From contig OZ246001.1 of NCBI GenBank assembly GCA_965230295.1, positions 1,312,001-1,376,000 of the forward strand: a stretch of 64,000 nt of DNA. The letters run 5' to 3'. Below, piece by piece: positions 38,713 to 49,062 of the stretch; positions within the stretch are counted from its first letter, which is position 1, and each line of letters starts with the position of its first letter. Both the position numbers and the translations under genes were made by a program. Source of the stretch: Marinicella sp. Lineage in GTDB: Bacteria; Pseudomonadota; Gammaproteobacteria; Xanthomonadales; Marinicellaceae. Below the pieces are notes generated by a model that was not told the origin of the DNA, made no database searches, and saw only the letters and a list, made by a program, of their open reading frames with translations.

Positions 38713-39663
38713 ATGCATGAAGTAACAGAAGTATTTGCCCCGGTATCCATTGGTAATGTCAGTGTCGGGTTTGATTCCTTGGGTTTGGCATTGAGGCCGA
38801 CTGATGGCCGCTTATTGGGCGATGTGGTGCAGGTTGAACTGAACAACCATGAAAGTACATTTTGCTTACAAGGAGATTTTGCTGACCGCTTGCCCAAAGA
38901 CAAAGAATCGAACATTGTATGGGATGTGTTGGTGGCCTATGAAACCGCGCTCCAGAAACAAAACATCAAGCCAGTGAATATACAGATAACGCTGAAAAAG
39001 AACATCCCGGTATGCAGCGGCTTGGGTTCCAGCGCGTGCTCAGTGGTGGCTGCCTTTGTGGCCTTGAATGAATTTTATGGGCGGCCTTTTGATGACAATC
39101 AGCTGCTGAAATTGATGGGTCAGGCCGAGGCTAAAATCAGCGGATCTTTGCATTATGACAATGTCGCACCCTGTTTTTTGGGCGGTATGCAGTTGATGCT
39201 ACATGACCAGAGTCAAGTGGCGTTATCACTGCCACTGTTTGAACACATTTATTGGGTGTTGGCTTACCCTGATGTGGTGGTCAGTACACAGGCTGCCCGT
39301 GTGTTGCTGCCACCCAAGTATGACCGTTCTACCTTGATCCGTTTTGGCCAAAACCTGGCCGGTTTTGTCGCGGCCTGCTACCAGCAAGACCAGGATTTGG
39401 CCTTTGCTTTATTGAAAGACGAAATTGCTGAGCCGTATCGAGCTGAATTGCTGCCCAATTTTCATCAAACCAAAAACCAGATGCTGGCCATGAACAGCCT
39501 GGCTGTAGGTATTTCCGGATCTGGACCTACCTTGTTCTCCGCTTGTGGAGATCTTGAGTCGGCCCAACACCAGGCAGCGTGGTTACAAGCAAATTACTTA
39601 CAGACAGAATACGGTTTTGTCGCCATCTGCCAAGCCGATGCCGATGGCACACGAACCCTTTAA
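38713..39663 (+). CDS. thrB: Homoserine kinase
   Basis: GNVSVGFD, PVCSGLGSSA, HYDNVAP, ISGSGPT. Confidence 0.96.
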   Translation: MHEVTEVFAPVSIGNVSVGFDSLGLALRPTDGRLLGDVVQVELNNHESTFCLQGDFADRLPKDKESNIVWDVLVAYETALQKQNIKPVNIQITLKKNIPVCSGLGSSACSVVAAFVALNEFYGRPFDDNQLLKLMGQAEAKISGSLHYDNVAPCFLGGMQLMLHDQSQVALSLPLFEHIYWVLAYPDVVVSTQAARVLLPPKYDRSTLIRFGQNLAGFVAACYQQDQDLAFALLKDEIAEPYRAELLPNFHQTKNQMLAMNSLAVGISGSGPTLFSACGDLESAQHQAAWLQANYLQTEYGFVAICQADADGTRTL

Positions 39664-39674
39664 GGAAACCCACC

Positions 39675-40964
39675 ATGAAACTGAATAACCTCAAAGATGC
39701 TGACCAAATTGTCGATTTTGCCACCGCAGTCAAAACGGGCCTAGGCAACCAACAAGGCTTGTTTTTTCCTGCGAAGATCCCCCAGCTGGACAACATTGAT
39801 GAGTTGTTGGCCATGTCCACCCAAGCTCGAAACTTTTTCATCCTGAGGCCTTTTGTTCACGAAAACATTGACGATGACACCCTCAGGGAAATCATCGAAA
39901 TGACGTATGCTTTTCCATCACCGTTGAAAGCTGTGAACGGTCAGGTGCATTGTCTGGAATTATTTCATGGCCCGACACTGGCATTCAAAGACTTTGGCGC
40001 CCGCTTTATGGCCAATTGCTTACAACATTTCAGCACACAACAAGAAACAGGTAACGAAAAAATCACCATCCTGACTGCCACCTCTGGAGACACTGGCGCT
40101 GCAGTGGCGCATGCTTTTCATGGTTTGGACAACATTGAAGTGGTGATTTTGTTCCCCAAAGGCAAAATCAGTGAGCTGCAACAAAAAATGTTCACAACCT
40201 TGTCTGGTAACATCCGCACCATTGCGATAGATGGGGCTTTTGATGACTGTCAAAAACTGGTCAAACAAAGTTTTGATGACCTTGAACTGGTTCAGCAAGT
40301 GGGATTGAATTCGGCCAATTCGATCAACGTCAGTCGCTTGTTTGCACAGGTTTGTTACTATTTTGATGCACTGGCACAACTACCCTCAGCACAGCGTTCG
40401 CAAGCTGTGGTGGCTGTTCCCAGCGGTAATTTTGGTAACCTGTGTGCCGGCATCATCGCCAAAACCATGGGGTTACCGATCAAGCGATTCATCGCTTCTA
40501 CCAACCTCAATGACACCGTACCGCGTTACCTCAAAGACGGTGTTTGGGCTCCCAATGAAACGGTAGAAACTTTATCAAATGCCATGGATGTCAGTAAACC
40601 CAACAACTGGCCGCGCATAGAATACTTGATTGAGTCAGGACAATTTGACCGTGAACTGCTGTCAGGCTTATCGGTTGATGAAGCGGCCACTGCCGAAACT
40701 TTGAAGGACTTACATCGACAAGGCTACATCAGTGAGCCCCATGCAGCCGTTGCATACCAGGGCATCATTGGTCAACTGAAAGCCGAAGAAGTTGGCATCT
40801 TTTTGGGCACCGCCCACCCGGCCAAATTCAAAAGCACCGTAGAGGACATTTTAAAGCTTGAATTACCCCTGCCAAGGGCCATTGCTGAATGTGCAGAAAA
40901 ACCTGATTTGTCCTACAGCATAGAACCGGATTTTGCTGCACTGAAAGACTTTTTGTTGCCTTAA
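39675..40964 (+). CDS. thrC: Threonine synthase
   Basis: ELFHGPTLAFKDFG, ATSGDTGAA, VPSGNFGN, TAHPAKF; start set at ATG 39675. Confidence 0.96.
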   Translation: MKLNNLKDADQIVDFATAVKTGLGNQQGLFFPAKIPQLDNIDELLAMSTQARNFFILRPFVHENIDDDTLREIIEMTYAFPSPLKAVNGQVHCLELFHGPTLAFKDFGARFMANCLQHFSTQQETGNEKITILTATSGDTGAAVAHAFHGLDNIEVVILFPKGKISELQQKMFTTLSGNIRTIAIDGAFDDCQKLVKQSFDDLELVQQVGLNSANSINVSRLFAQVCYYFDALAQLPSAQRSQAVVAVPSGNFGNLCAGIIAKTMGLPIKRFIASTNLNDTVPRYLKDGVWAPNETVETLSNAMDVSKPNNWPRIEYLIESGQFDRELLSGLSVDEAATAETLKDLHRQGYISEPHAAVAYQGIIGQLKAEEVGIFLGTAHPAKFKSTVEDILKLELPLPRAIAECAEKPDLSYSIEPDFAALKDFLLP

Positions 40965-41072
40965 TAAGAGTCACTTGACTTCAATAAGATGGCTTTATGG
41001 AAATAAATACAGTTGGGAACAAACCATTGATTGCTCCCAACTTCACACATCAATTTGTTTCTTTAAATTACC

Positions 41073-41783
41073 TTATGCAGATCTGAACTGAAAACCAAAA
41101 GCAAACATAAAAGCACCGGCCACGATTAACATCATGCCCAGTGATGACACCAAGTCATTTTTCATGGAGTCCAGGTCTTTTTCCTCTCTGAACTCATAGA
41201 CCCGTCGACCACCAGCCACATCTGCAATGAATACATTGCCCTCATAATGAGGCAAAGTAAGAAACACCATGTTTAGCCGCTGGCGGTTATTCTTGATCCG
41301 AACTTCAGCTTCTTCTTGTGATTCATTCAGCGCCCTTATGGGATTCTTATCAAACTGATAGATCGTTTCACCCACAGCAATGATGCCTGGAGACTCATAG
41401 ATGTATTCAGATTCTGCAAAGAATATGCCTTGACCACCCATAAAGAACAAACCAATTCCCAACACAACCACCAATGAAGCCATCGTAAATCGACGCTTTA
41501 GTAAGCGATTTTGCTTTTCTTTGACTGAGGCATACTCTGCTGCGACTTCAGGAATGTGAGTTAAATGCTGATCAATGTATGACTGGCTGAGGCTGTTTAT
41601 TAAATCCATTCCAGACATGTCAAAGGCCTGAGCTATTTTATGAATCACCTCATAGGATGGGGTACCTTTGTCGTTTTCTAATTTAGACAAATAGGACTGT
41701 TCAATGCCTGTTTTACCGGCCAACTCGGGTTGGGTTAAGTTTTCTGATGTTCTGAGTAATTTTATTTTTTCACTGAGTTTCAT
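41073..41783 (-). CDS. XRE-family HTH protein with two TM segments
   Basis: LTQPELAGKTGIEQSYLSKLEND; hydrophobic segments mid-protein and at C-terminus. Confidence 0.85.
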   Translation of the reverse strand: MKLSEKIKLLRTSENLTQPELAGKTGIEQSYLSKLENDKGTPSYEVIHKIAQAFDMSGMDLINSLSQSYIDQHLTHIPEVAAEYASVKEKQNRLLKRRFTMASLVVVLGIGLFFMGGQGIFFAESEYIYESPGIIAVGETIYQFDKNPIRALNESQEEAEVRIKNNRQRLNMVFLTLPHYEGNVFIADVAGGRRVYEFREEKDLDSMKNDLVSSLGMMLIVAGAFMFAFGFQFRSA

Positions 41784-41923
41784 GATAATCCAAATTTTAT
41801 TGAGAGCTTATATTCTTAGCTGTCATAACAGGAATATACAGATGAATATATGCACATATCAACGAATTTAAGGAATACCTTCGCGACTTTTTTCTGTTTA
41901 TTCATTTTAAGGGTATAAATCAA

Positions 41924-42006
41924 GTCATTGCGGGGCAGGAACAACCACGGCAATCCCATAACTACTATCCAGATTCAGGAGATTACTTCACTGCGTTTGC
42001 AATGAC
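41924..42006. repeat. Degenerate REP-like element (gtcattgcg...gcaatgac family)
   Basis: Terminal inverted repeats, similar to 3102 and 24734 copies. Confidence 0.7.
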
Positions 42007-42010
42007 AAGT

Positions 42011-43801
42011 TCAGCTTTCTGGTTCCTGTTGTTGGGCTTCCCACAGTTCAGCATAGGCGCCTTGGGCCGCCAGCAATTCTTCATGGGAGCCTTGTTCAAT
42101 GATTTGACCTTGATCCAGCACCATGATTTGATCGGCGTGTACCACAGTAGACAAGCGGTGGGCGATCACCAAATTGGTGGTGTTTTTGGCGATTTGTTGT
42201 AAAGCATTCAGTATCATTTGTTCCGACTTACTGTCCAACGATGAAGTGGCTTCATCAAACACCATGATGGGAGGCTTTTTCAAGATGGTTCTGGCAATGG
42301 CCACCCGTTGTTTCTCTCCGCCAGACAGCTTCAACCCACGTTCTCCCACCTGGGTTGTCGTTCCATCCGGTAGTTGGGCAATGAAATCATCCAAATAAGC
42401 CATGGTGATGGCTTGTTGGACTTCATCATCACTGGCGTCAGGACGACCATAACGGATGTTTTCCTGAATGGAGTCATTGAACAACACGGTATCCTGCGGC
42501 ACAATCCCAATCGTTTGACGTAAGGATTGTTGGGTCACCTCGCTGATGTTCTGTCCGTCGATTAAGATTTGTCCTTCAGTCGGGTCATAGAACCGAAATA
42601 ACAGTTTGACCAATGTTGATTTACCCGAACCACTGGCACCAACCACCGCCAGTGTCTCACCAGCAGGCACCTTAAAACTGATGCCCTTGATGATGCCTCT
42701 ATCAACCCGGTAGTGAAAGGCCACATCTTTAAACTCTATTTCACCCTGATTGATCTGCAGCAACTTGGCACCGGGCTGATCTTTGACCTCGGGGTCAATA
42801 TCAAGGATGTTGAACATATGTTCAATGTTGATCATGGATGTTTTGATTTCCCGGTAGACAAATCCCAAAGAACCCAAAGGAATGAACAGTTGCATCATGA
42901 AGGCATTGACCAAAACAAAGTCACCGACACTCATTTCACCATTTTGAACCCCCAAAACAGCCAGTAACATCATCGCTGTCATCGACAAACTGATGATCAA
43001 AGCTTGCCCGCCATTCAAAGCAAATAATGACAACCTGTTTTTTCTTTTTGCTTGTTCCAAACGCTTCAAGTTAACATCATATCGATCGGCTTCAAAAGCT
43101 TCATTGGTGTAATATTTGACCGTTTCATAGTTCAACAATGAATCGATGGCACGGCTGCTGCTGTCTGAATCAGCGGTGTTGGCGGCCCGCAAAAAGGCTT
43201 TGCGCCAATTGGTTATGCGCACCGAAAAAACGATGTATGTGATGATCGAAATCAATGTGGTCAAACCAAAAGCCCACCCATATTGGAACAGTAAAATTCC
43301 CACCACCAACAGGATTTCTATCAGTGCCGGTAAGATGCTGAACACCATGAAGCGCAACAAAAAACTGATGCCACCCACACCACGCTCTATGTCTCTGGCA
43401 ACCCCACCTGTTTTGCGGTTCAAATGGTAATCCAAATCCAAACGATGCAGGTGCACAAACACCTGGTGTGCTATGCGCCGCATGGCCCTTTCGGTGACTC
43501 GGCCAAACAAGGTGTCCCTGATCTCACCAAACAAAACATTGGCAAAACGCAAGCCTCCATAGACAAACACCAATGCCACCGGCGCCAGTAACCACTGGGA
43601 AGTATCTGTCGGCTCACCACCCAATTGATCAACCATACCCTTGATCATGAATGGCATACCCGTGGTAGCCAATTTGGCGCCCACTAAAAACATCAGTGCC
43701 AACAGCACCCTACCTTTGTACTCAGCCAGATAAGGCACCAACTTTTTCAGCACGCCCCAGTTTTCGGATTGGTTGGTATCAGGTGGTACTTGTCCGCGCA
43801 T
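42011..43801 (-). CDS. ATM1/ABCB7-type ABC exporter
   Basis: RKTGGVARDIERG, DSLLNYETVKY, GASGSGKST, LSGGEKQRVAIAR. Confidence 0.94.
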   Translation of the reverse strand: MRGQVPPDTNQSENWGVLKKLVPYLAEYKGRVLLALMFLVGAKLATTGMPFMIKGMVDQLGGEPTDTSQWLLAPVALVFVYGGLRFANVLFGEIRDTLFGRVTERAMRRIAHQVFVHLHRLDLDYHLNRKTGGVARDIERGVGGISFLLRFMVFSILPALIEILLVVGILLFQYGWAFGLTTLISIITYIVFSVRITNWRKAFLRAANTADSDSSSRAIDSLLNYETVKYYTNEAFEADRYDVNLKRLEQAKRKNRLSLFALNGGQALIISLSMTAMMLLAVLGVQNGEMSVGDFVLVNAFMMQLFIPLGSLGFVYREIKTSMINIEHMFNILDIDPEVKDQPGAKLLQINQGEIEFKDVAFHYRVDRGIIKGISFKVPAGETLAVVGASGSGKSTLVKLLFRFYDPTEGQILIDGQNISEVTQQSLRQTIGIVPQDTVLFNDSIQENIRYGRPDASDDEVQQAITMAYLDDFIAQLPDGTTTQVGERGLKLSGGEKQRVAIARTILKKPPIMVFDEATSSLDSKSEQMILNALQQIAKNTTNLVIAHRLSTVVHADQIMVLDQGQIIEQGSHEELLAAQGAYAELWEAQQQEPES

Positions 43802-43861
43802 ATTGGATCAAAATGGTCACTACAAATTGATTCATTGTAACAGCACCTGCTGATTAGGTGG

Positions 43862-44686
43862 TCACTGAGTTTTTCGTTTGATGTATGCCACTTTTTTAAT
43901 GATGAAGCTGCGCAAAGCTTCGGTGGTTTCAGCCACCAATAATTCACGATCTTTGGCTGCCACATCAATGTGTTCACGCCACACTGCAACACTGTTATGA
44001 GTCCAAACCATCCGCATGTTAACCTGATATCCTTCGTCCAACTCGCGGACAGAACCTTCAAACATGACGTCCACATTGAGGTGTTGCGCATACTCTTTGG
44101 GGCTGTATTTTTGCTCATCTGCATGCTCCAAAGCACTCACTGCAATGGCCCGTACATCGGCTTGTCGCGCCAGCATCTGGGTCAGCTCTTCTTGGAGCAT
44201 CACAACCAAATCCTGATCATTGGAGTCGATCAATTTGAAAGGCAATGTGGCCGTTTCCAATGGCAATGTCATGGTAGGTCGTGTCAAGTAATGATACAAA
44301 ACAGCAGCCATAATCACCAACACTGCCATGCCCACAAACCACCATTTTCTGTGCTGCCAAGTTTTGCCAGACACCGTATGTGTGGTTGTTTTGATTTGAT
44401 ACCCAAAGCCACGGACTGATTCAATCAAAGTCGCCGCCTCGCCCAACTGATCACGCAAAGACTTGACCTGCTGTTTAACCGTATCACGGCTGACCACTTT
44501 CTTTTGCCACACTTGTTCCAACAATTGATCCACAGAAACCACTGCCGGCGCCTTTAGCATTAAATGGGTCAACAATTCAAAAGAGGTAGGACTGAGGCTT
44601 AGCTTCTGGTCCTTGTAGGTCACTGTTTTTAGTGCTTGGTTCAATACCAAATGATCACATTGGATGACCTGATTTGCTGATGTCAT
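43862..44686 (-). CDS. Membrane-anchored winged-helix regulator (CadC/ToxR-like) with C-terminal TolB-N/FlgO-like domain
   Basis: LLEQVW..LRDQLG..IESVRGFGY; one TM; LPF..EELTQML..LNVDVMFEGSVR; start set at ATG 44686. Confidence 0.82.
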   Translation of the reverse strand: MTSANQVIQCDHLVLNQALKTVTYKDQKLSLSPTSFELLTHLMLKAPAVVSVDQLLEQVWQKKVVSRDTVKQQVKSLRDQLGEAATLIESVRGFGYQIKTTTHTVSGKTWQHRKWWFVGMAVLVIMAAVLYHYLTRPTMTLPLETATLPFKLIDSNDQDLVVMLQEELTQMLARQADVRAIAVSALEHADEQKYSPKEYAQHLNVDVMFEGSVRELDEGYQVNMRMVWTHNSVAVWREHIDVAAKDRELLVAETTEALRSFIIKKVAYIKRKTQ

Positions 44687-44831
44687 TGTGCTGTTATGAG
44701 GCGAGGTAGGTACATGATCAACCATTCTAACCGAATCATCACCAAAACATAACGGCTTTCCCACCCAAATCTGACAGTAAAAATTGACCCATTCGATAAT
44801 ATGGTTGGTATTCAACATTGAGCATATAAAC

Positions 44832-45302
44832 ATGAAAATTGTTATACCCATCGCCATCATCTTGCTGGGCGTATTGACCCTCAACAGGGCCAATGCCGAA
44901 TGGCAATTGTTGTATCAAAATGACCGCAATGGTCAACCATTGGATGGTACCAAGACTGCCTTGTTTCAAGCGATAAGAGATGGCCATAAACTCCGGGTGG
45001 TGTGGCGCACCAGTCGCAAAAATGATCCCAAAAGCTTTGTTGAGCATGTGATTGAACCGGTGTTCGTCACCAATGCCAGTGACCTAGAGGTGTTTATACA
45101 AACACCTGAGCACATCGCACAAACCAGTTATTGGGACACTGAGCTACAAGATTTCAATGTTCCGGCAGTGGTTTGGCGAGGGTTGTTATCAACCACGGGG
45201 CGCTTCATGGCCGTGTGGTATGACCGGGGTTCAGGACAAGTGATACGCCGTTATCCTCAACGGGTCCAAATCAGCTGGTTTGCTCAAATTGAAAAAAATT
45301 AA
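44832..45302 (+). CDS. Secreted hypothetical protein (paralog 1)
   Basis: Signal peptide; WQLLY..G...G.K..L...I.DG...RVVW shared with next gene. Confidence 0.8.
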   Translation: MKIVIPIAIILLGVLTLNRANAEWQLLYQNDRNGQPLDGTKTALFQAIRDGHKLRVVWRTSRKNDPKSFVEHVIEPVFVTNASDLEVFIQTPEHIAQTSYWDTELQDFNVPAVVWRGLLSTTGRFMAVWYDRGSGQVIRRYPQRVQISWFAQIEKN

Positions 45303-45320
45303 TTCTTAAGGAGACACGTT

Positions 45321-45773
45321 ATGAAAACATCCTGGTTATTTTTGATCCTCTCAGCCACTTTGCTTACAAGCTGTACCACTTTGCCCAGCAAATCTGCTGC
45401 TGATTGGCAGCTGTTGTATCACCACAATGCCGAAGGCAAAGCCATCGCTGGTGACAAACAACGATTGATCCAAACCATATTAGACGGCAGACCAATCCGT
45501 GTGGTTTGGCCAATCAGGGATGATTTCATTCATGTGGCTGATGCTGGATTTTTGACCGTTATGAACGGTGAAGTTTTTGCCCAATTGGATGGCATTATCA
45601 GACAAATACCTGATCGAGAAACCCGCCGGAGTATCGCTTTGGATGCCAAGGAACAAAGCCAATGGCATGCGATCGTTGCCACCACAGGCCAAATACAGAG
45701 TTTTCAAAGTATCAAGTCAACTTTAGGAAGCAATCAATTCACTTATCGATGGTATGGGTTAGTTACTGAATAA
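45321..45773 (+). CDS. Hypothetical lipoprotein (paralog 2)
   Basis: LTSC lipobox, ggag SD; same motif as previous gene. Confidence 0.82.
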   Translation: MKTSWLFLILSATLLTSCTTLPSKSAADWQLLYHHNAEGKAIAGDKQRLIQTILDGRPIRVVWPIRDDFIHVADAGFLTVMNGEVFAQLDGIIRQIPDRETRRSIALDAKEQSQWHAIVATTGQIQSFQSIKSTLGSNQFTYRWYGLVTE

Positions 45774-45849
45774 AATGTCAATTGTCTGTGGCCAACCCCT
45801 CGAGAAAATTTAACGTCATTGCCTCAGGTATCAATTAAAGCAATCAACT

Positions 45850-46557
45850 TCAATCATCCAACTCACAGTGGTTGGCATCACATTTCAGTTGAGTCTTTTT
45901 TTCGACTTTTTTTCTTTGTTTGCCCAAGCTGCGGCATTTTCTTTTCAAGAATTCATCGTTGCCGTTTTCCCAATCTTGGTCACAGCCGGTGGCCATTTTA
46001 AAAGGCATGGTAAATTCTTGTTTGAAGACCACTTTGGGTGAACGCCAAGGCTCGGCTATCAGCACCACCCATTGATCGTGATTGGTCGGATCATCATCTT
46101 GATAAAAGCCCACACCTATTTGGTTTTGTAAGGCAAAAAACTCACCCTTGCCCAACACATGATCGTTGTGTTTACCGCTTTCTCGTAAGAATTCCATTGC
46201 CAATGTGGCGTTTTTCAAGTCACGGACGACAGCTTCCACCTGGTTGCCTGATACAGGATAATAATCAGCTGCCCTGAAACCACCTTTTATCAAAACCTGA
46301 TTGGGGGTGATTTCTGGATCAGCGGAGTTGTTTGCTAGCTGTTCAGCCCTTTGTTGGGCTATTTCTGCCAATAATTGGTTACATTGTAAAACCGGTCTTT
46401 GTTGGTCAGCATGATCAATGATCAACAATGCCAAATCGGCTGCTTGCTGATTCATGCCACATAGATCGACCGGATCCAGATCCTCGCTGTGAACGGGTGC
46501 GATTGATAACAGATTTAATAACAATATAAAGTAGGCAAATGTTCTGAAGGCTGTCAT
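45850..46557 (-). CDS. Secreted CAP/SCP-like protein
   Basis: Signal peptide; LAEIAQQRAEQLA, SGKHNDHVLG, IGVGFY, WVVLIA. Confidence 0.65.
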   Translation of the reverse strand: MTAFRTFAYFILLLNLLSIAPVHSEDLDPVDLCGMNQQAADLALLIIDHADQQRPVLQCNQLLAEIAQQRAEQLANNSADPEITPNQVLIKGGFRAADYYPVSGNQVEAVVRDLKNATLAMEFLRESGKHNDHVLGKGEFFALQNQIGVGFYQDDDPTNHDQWVVLIAEPWRSPKVVFKQEFTMPFKMATGCDQDWENGNDEFLKRKCRSLGKQRKKVEKKTQLKCDANHCELDD

Positions 46558-46605
46558 GCATGGATTATAGTTGACTGACTTCGTTGATGCCACAATCAGC
46601 ATTGG

Positions 46606-47784
46606 TTATTCTGTGTCGTTTTCAATCACACTGATGGCTTGGTTATTGGGCACCACCGATTCGCGGAAATGATTCAGGGCTTTGTCAGATTCTCCCTGTT
46701 CTTGGTAAATCAAACCCAACAGCTGATTCACTTCTTGACTGGGGTCTATAGCCAACACTTGCAACAGTAAACTTTCTGCCTGATCCCACTGTTTTTTGGC
46801 CACGTGCAGCTTGGCATTACACAACAGTACAGCCGCATTTTTCGGGTGTTGTACCAGCCACTTTTCTGCCACTTTCAACCGGTGATTGAGGTTGTGCGGC
46901 AAAGCTGACCAATAAACCACCAGCTGGTCATCGAACTTGGACTTTTGTGTTTTTTCAATGTAACTGGTGAGGTCTTGATAGGCACCCAGTCGCAAGCCGT
47001 TCTCACAATAGGTATGGCTGTAGTTGGCTTGTTGTTTCTTGTTCAGATCCTGCCAGATTTGTTGTAACTCCTCTTGGGATTCTGCTTCAGCAAAACGCTC
47101 CAAAGTCACTTGCTGTTTGAGTTGGTTGCTTTGTTGGTGGCTGATCAATGCCAACTTTTCAGCTTTTGGAATGGTGCTTTGTAAGCGTTTCCAATCCTTG
47201 GTTAACTGGGTGGCTTCAGTCAATAAATGCACAGCTCTGGGGTTATTCGGATAGGTTTTTAAAATCAGCTCAAGCAACGGCATGGCGCGTTCGGCTTGTC
47301 CTGATTTAATCCAGATTTCACAACGGGTCAAATCCACAGTCAAGGGGTTATCAATCACCGCTTCGGCCTGGTCCAAATGGGCTTCTGCACGGGTTAATTC
47401 TTGTTGTGCCACCGCAGCCCTGGCCGCAGCCATATAACTGAGCTCTGGGGTGGGGCTTTTTTGTACCGAAGCCAGCAACAGTTTTTCAGCTTGAGGCCAT
47501 TTACCCTCACTGAGGGCTAATAAGCCACGAGCAAACTTTTTGCGACTTTGGTTGGCTGACAAATGGTTGACTGCTTTTTTCGGTGCTTTGAGTAAACTGT
47601 AAACCAACCAAATGGCTAAAAAAACCAATGCCAACAATATACCGGCAGCAATGGCCGTCATCTGGATTTGGTATCCCAGTAATTCGACCTGAATCAAACC
47701 CGGGTTTTTCAACAATTGGGGTGTGAGCCAAGCCGCCGCCAGCAACAGCGTGACCAACAAAAATATTTTGATGATTTTGATCAT
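46606..47784 (-). CDS. hemY: HemY-like TPR membrane protein
   Basis: GLLALSEGKWPQAEKLL, YMAAARAA; coupled to hemX. Confidence 0.85.
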   Translation of the reverse strand: MIKIIKIFLLVTLLLAAAWLTPQLLKNPGLIQVELLGYQIQMTAIAAGILLALVFLAIWLVYSLLKAPKKAVNHLSANQSRKKFARGLLALSEGKWPQAEKLLLASVQKSPTPELSYMAAARAAVAQQELTRAEAHLDQAEAVIDNPLTVDLTRCEIWIKSGQAERAMPLLELILKTYPNNPRAVHLLTEATQLTKDWKRLQSTIPKAEKLALISHQQSNQLKQQVTLERFAEAESQEELQQIWQDLNKKQQANYSHTYCENGLRLGAYQDLTSYIEKTQKSKFDDQLVVYWSALPHNLNHRLKVAEKWLVQHPKNAAVLLCNAKLHVAKKQWDQAESLLLQVLAIDPSQEVNQLLGLIYQEQGESDKALNHFRESVVPNNQAISVIENDTE

Positions 47785-48911
47785 AGGTCCAAACCTTTCA
47801 GTTCTTTGATCAAAACATCAATGTTTAAATCAGCTGGCACATCTGCCACCACCTTTTGGGCTGCCAAGGATTTAATCTGTTCCACCAAAGCCTGTTCTGT
47901 TGACAGCTGTTGTGCCAACAAATTGGCTGATTGGTTTAAAGTGTCTTGCCAGCCTGTTTGCTGTTGCATGGTTAAATTCAAACCGGCTTGATACAACTGC
48001 CTATCCAATTGCATTTTTAATTCCATCAATTGCACCGACGATGTCAATTCACTGTCATCAGAGATTTTTTTGACACTGATAAACCGGTCGTACCAGTGAC
48101 CCTCATCAGCCGCCTCAACGGTGGGCAATTCCAATGACTTAACTTTTTCCACCAGATTCTGTAATGACTGTTTCAAACTGGCAGTATCTGGTGTCTCAAT
48201 TTGCCTGATGCGATTGGCCAATTGTTGTAACTGCCTGTTCATTGCGGCACTGACATGGGCAGATGACAAATAACGATCCAGGCCTGAAGCCGCTGCACCA
48301 ATTTGTCCAGTGTCCAACAATGTTTGGGTGGTTAAGAGGGTTTGTACCGTTGCTGTGCTTTGAATTTGATTCAGTAATTCCGGAGACATTTCCCGAACCC
48401 CTGAATCCAGAGACAGGCTGGTGAATTGTTGCTGTAATGCTCGAATGGTTTCAACCTGATCTTCCAGTTGTTGTTCAAGTTGTTGTAATGAGCGCTCATT
48501 GGCTGAGTTATCAAAAGGATCTGCTGCACCAGGCTGTTGATTGGCCAGATTTTTCACTTCTGCGAGACCCTGTTGAACCGCGCTCAATTGGGTTTTCAGC
48601 TGTTGAATTTCTGCTTTGGCTTCTGACAGCTGCACACCTAGCGATTGATTGGCTTGTTGCAGTTGCTCAATTTCGGCTTGTGACGAAACAGCCTGGATGG
48701 GTGAATCGTCTTGCTGCCAATTCTGATAAAACAAATAACCCGCAATCCCTAAGGCAACAACTGACAGCAATAAACTGAAGCCACTACCAGACTTTTTAAT
48801 CACCACGGCAGGCTCTGCCTGATCTTGTTCGTTTGGCTCAGTGACTGTGGTTTCAACAGCATCATCCTCTTGTTCATTGACTTCTGAGTCTTCTATTTGG
48901 TCTTTATCCAT
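47781..48911 (-). CDS. hemX: HemX-like coiled-coil membrane protein
   Basis: Acidic N-terminus, one TM, long coiled coil; ATGA overlap with hemY. Confidence 0.72.
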   Translation of the reverse strand: MDKDQIEDSEVNEQEDDAVETTVTEPNEQDQAEPAVVIKKSGSGFSLLLSVVALGIAGYLFYQNWQQDDSPIQAVSSQAEIEQLQQANQSLGVQLSEAKAEIQQLKTQLSAVQQGLAEVKNLANQQPGAADPFDNSANERSLQQLEQQLEDQVETIRALQQQFTSLSLDSGVREMSPELLNQIQSTATVQTLLTTQTLLDTGQIGAAASGLDRYLSSAHVSAAMNRQLQQLANRIRQIETPDTASLKQSLQNLVEKVKSLELPTVEAADEGHWYDRFISVKKISDDSELTSSVQLMELKMQLDRQLYQAGLNLTMQQQTGWQDTLNQSANLLAQQLSTEQALVEQIKSLAAQKVVADVPADLNIDVLIKELKGLDL

Positions 48912-49062
48912 AACAAAATAATGTTTCTAATCTTTCAATTTTAACTCAGCGACTTAAACAGATCACTGATAGAGTTGTCAGTTTGACATTAAATGTGTAT
49001 TTTTTTGCCGACTGGTTTAAACTTGGGTTTGTTAACATTTTAAATTATTTGACTGTAAACAT

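Noticed and set aside
41012-41041. Hairpin between thrC and the XRE gene as a terminator
   Set aside because: Stem gttggga/tcccaac is present but with a long loop and no clear T-tract
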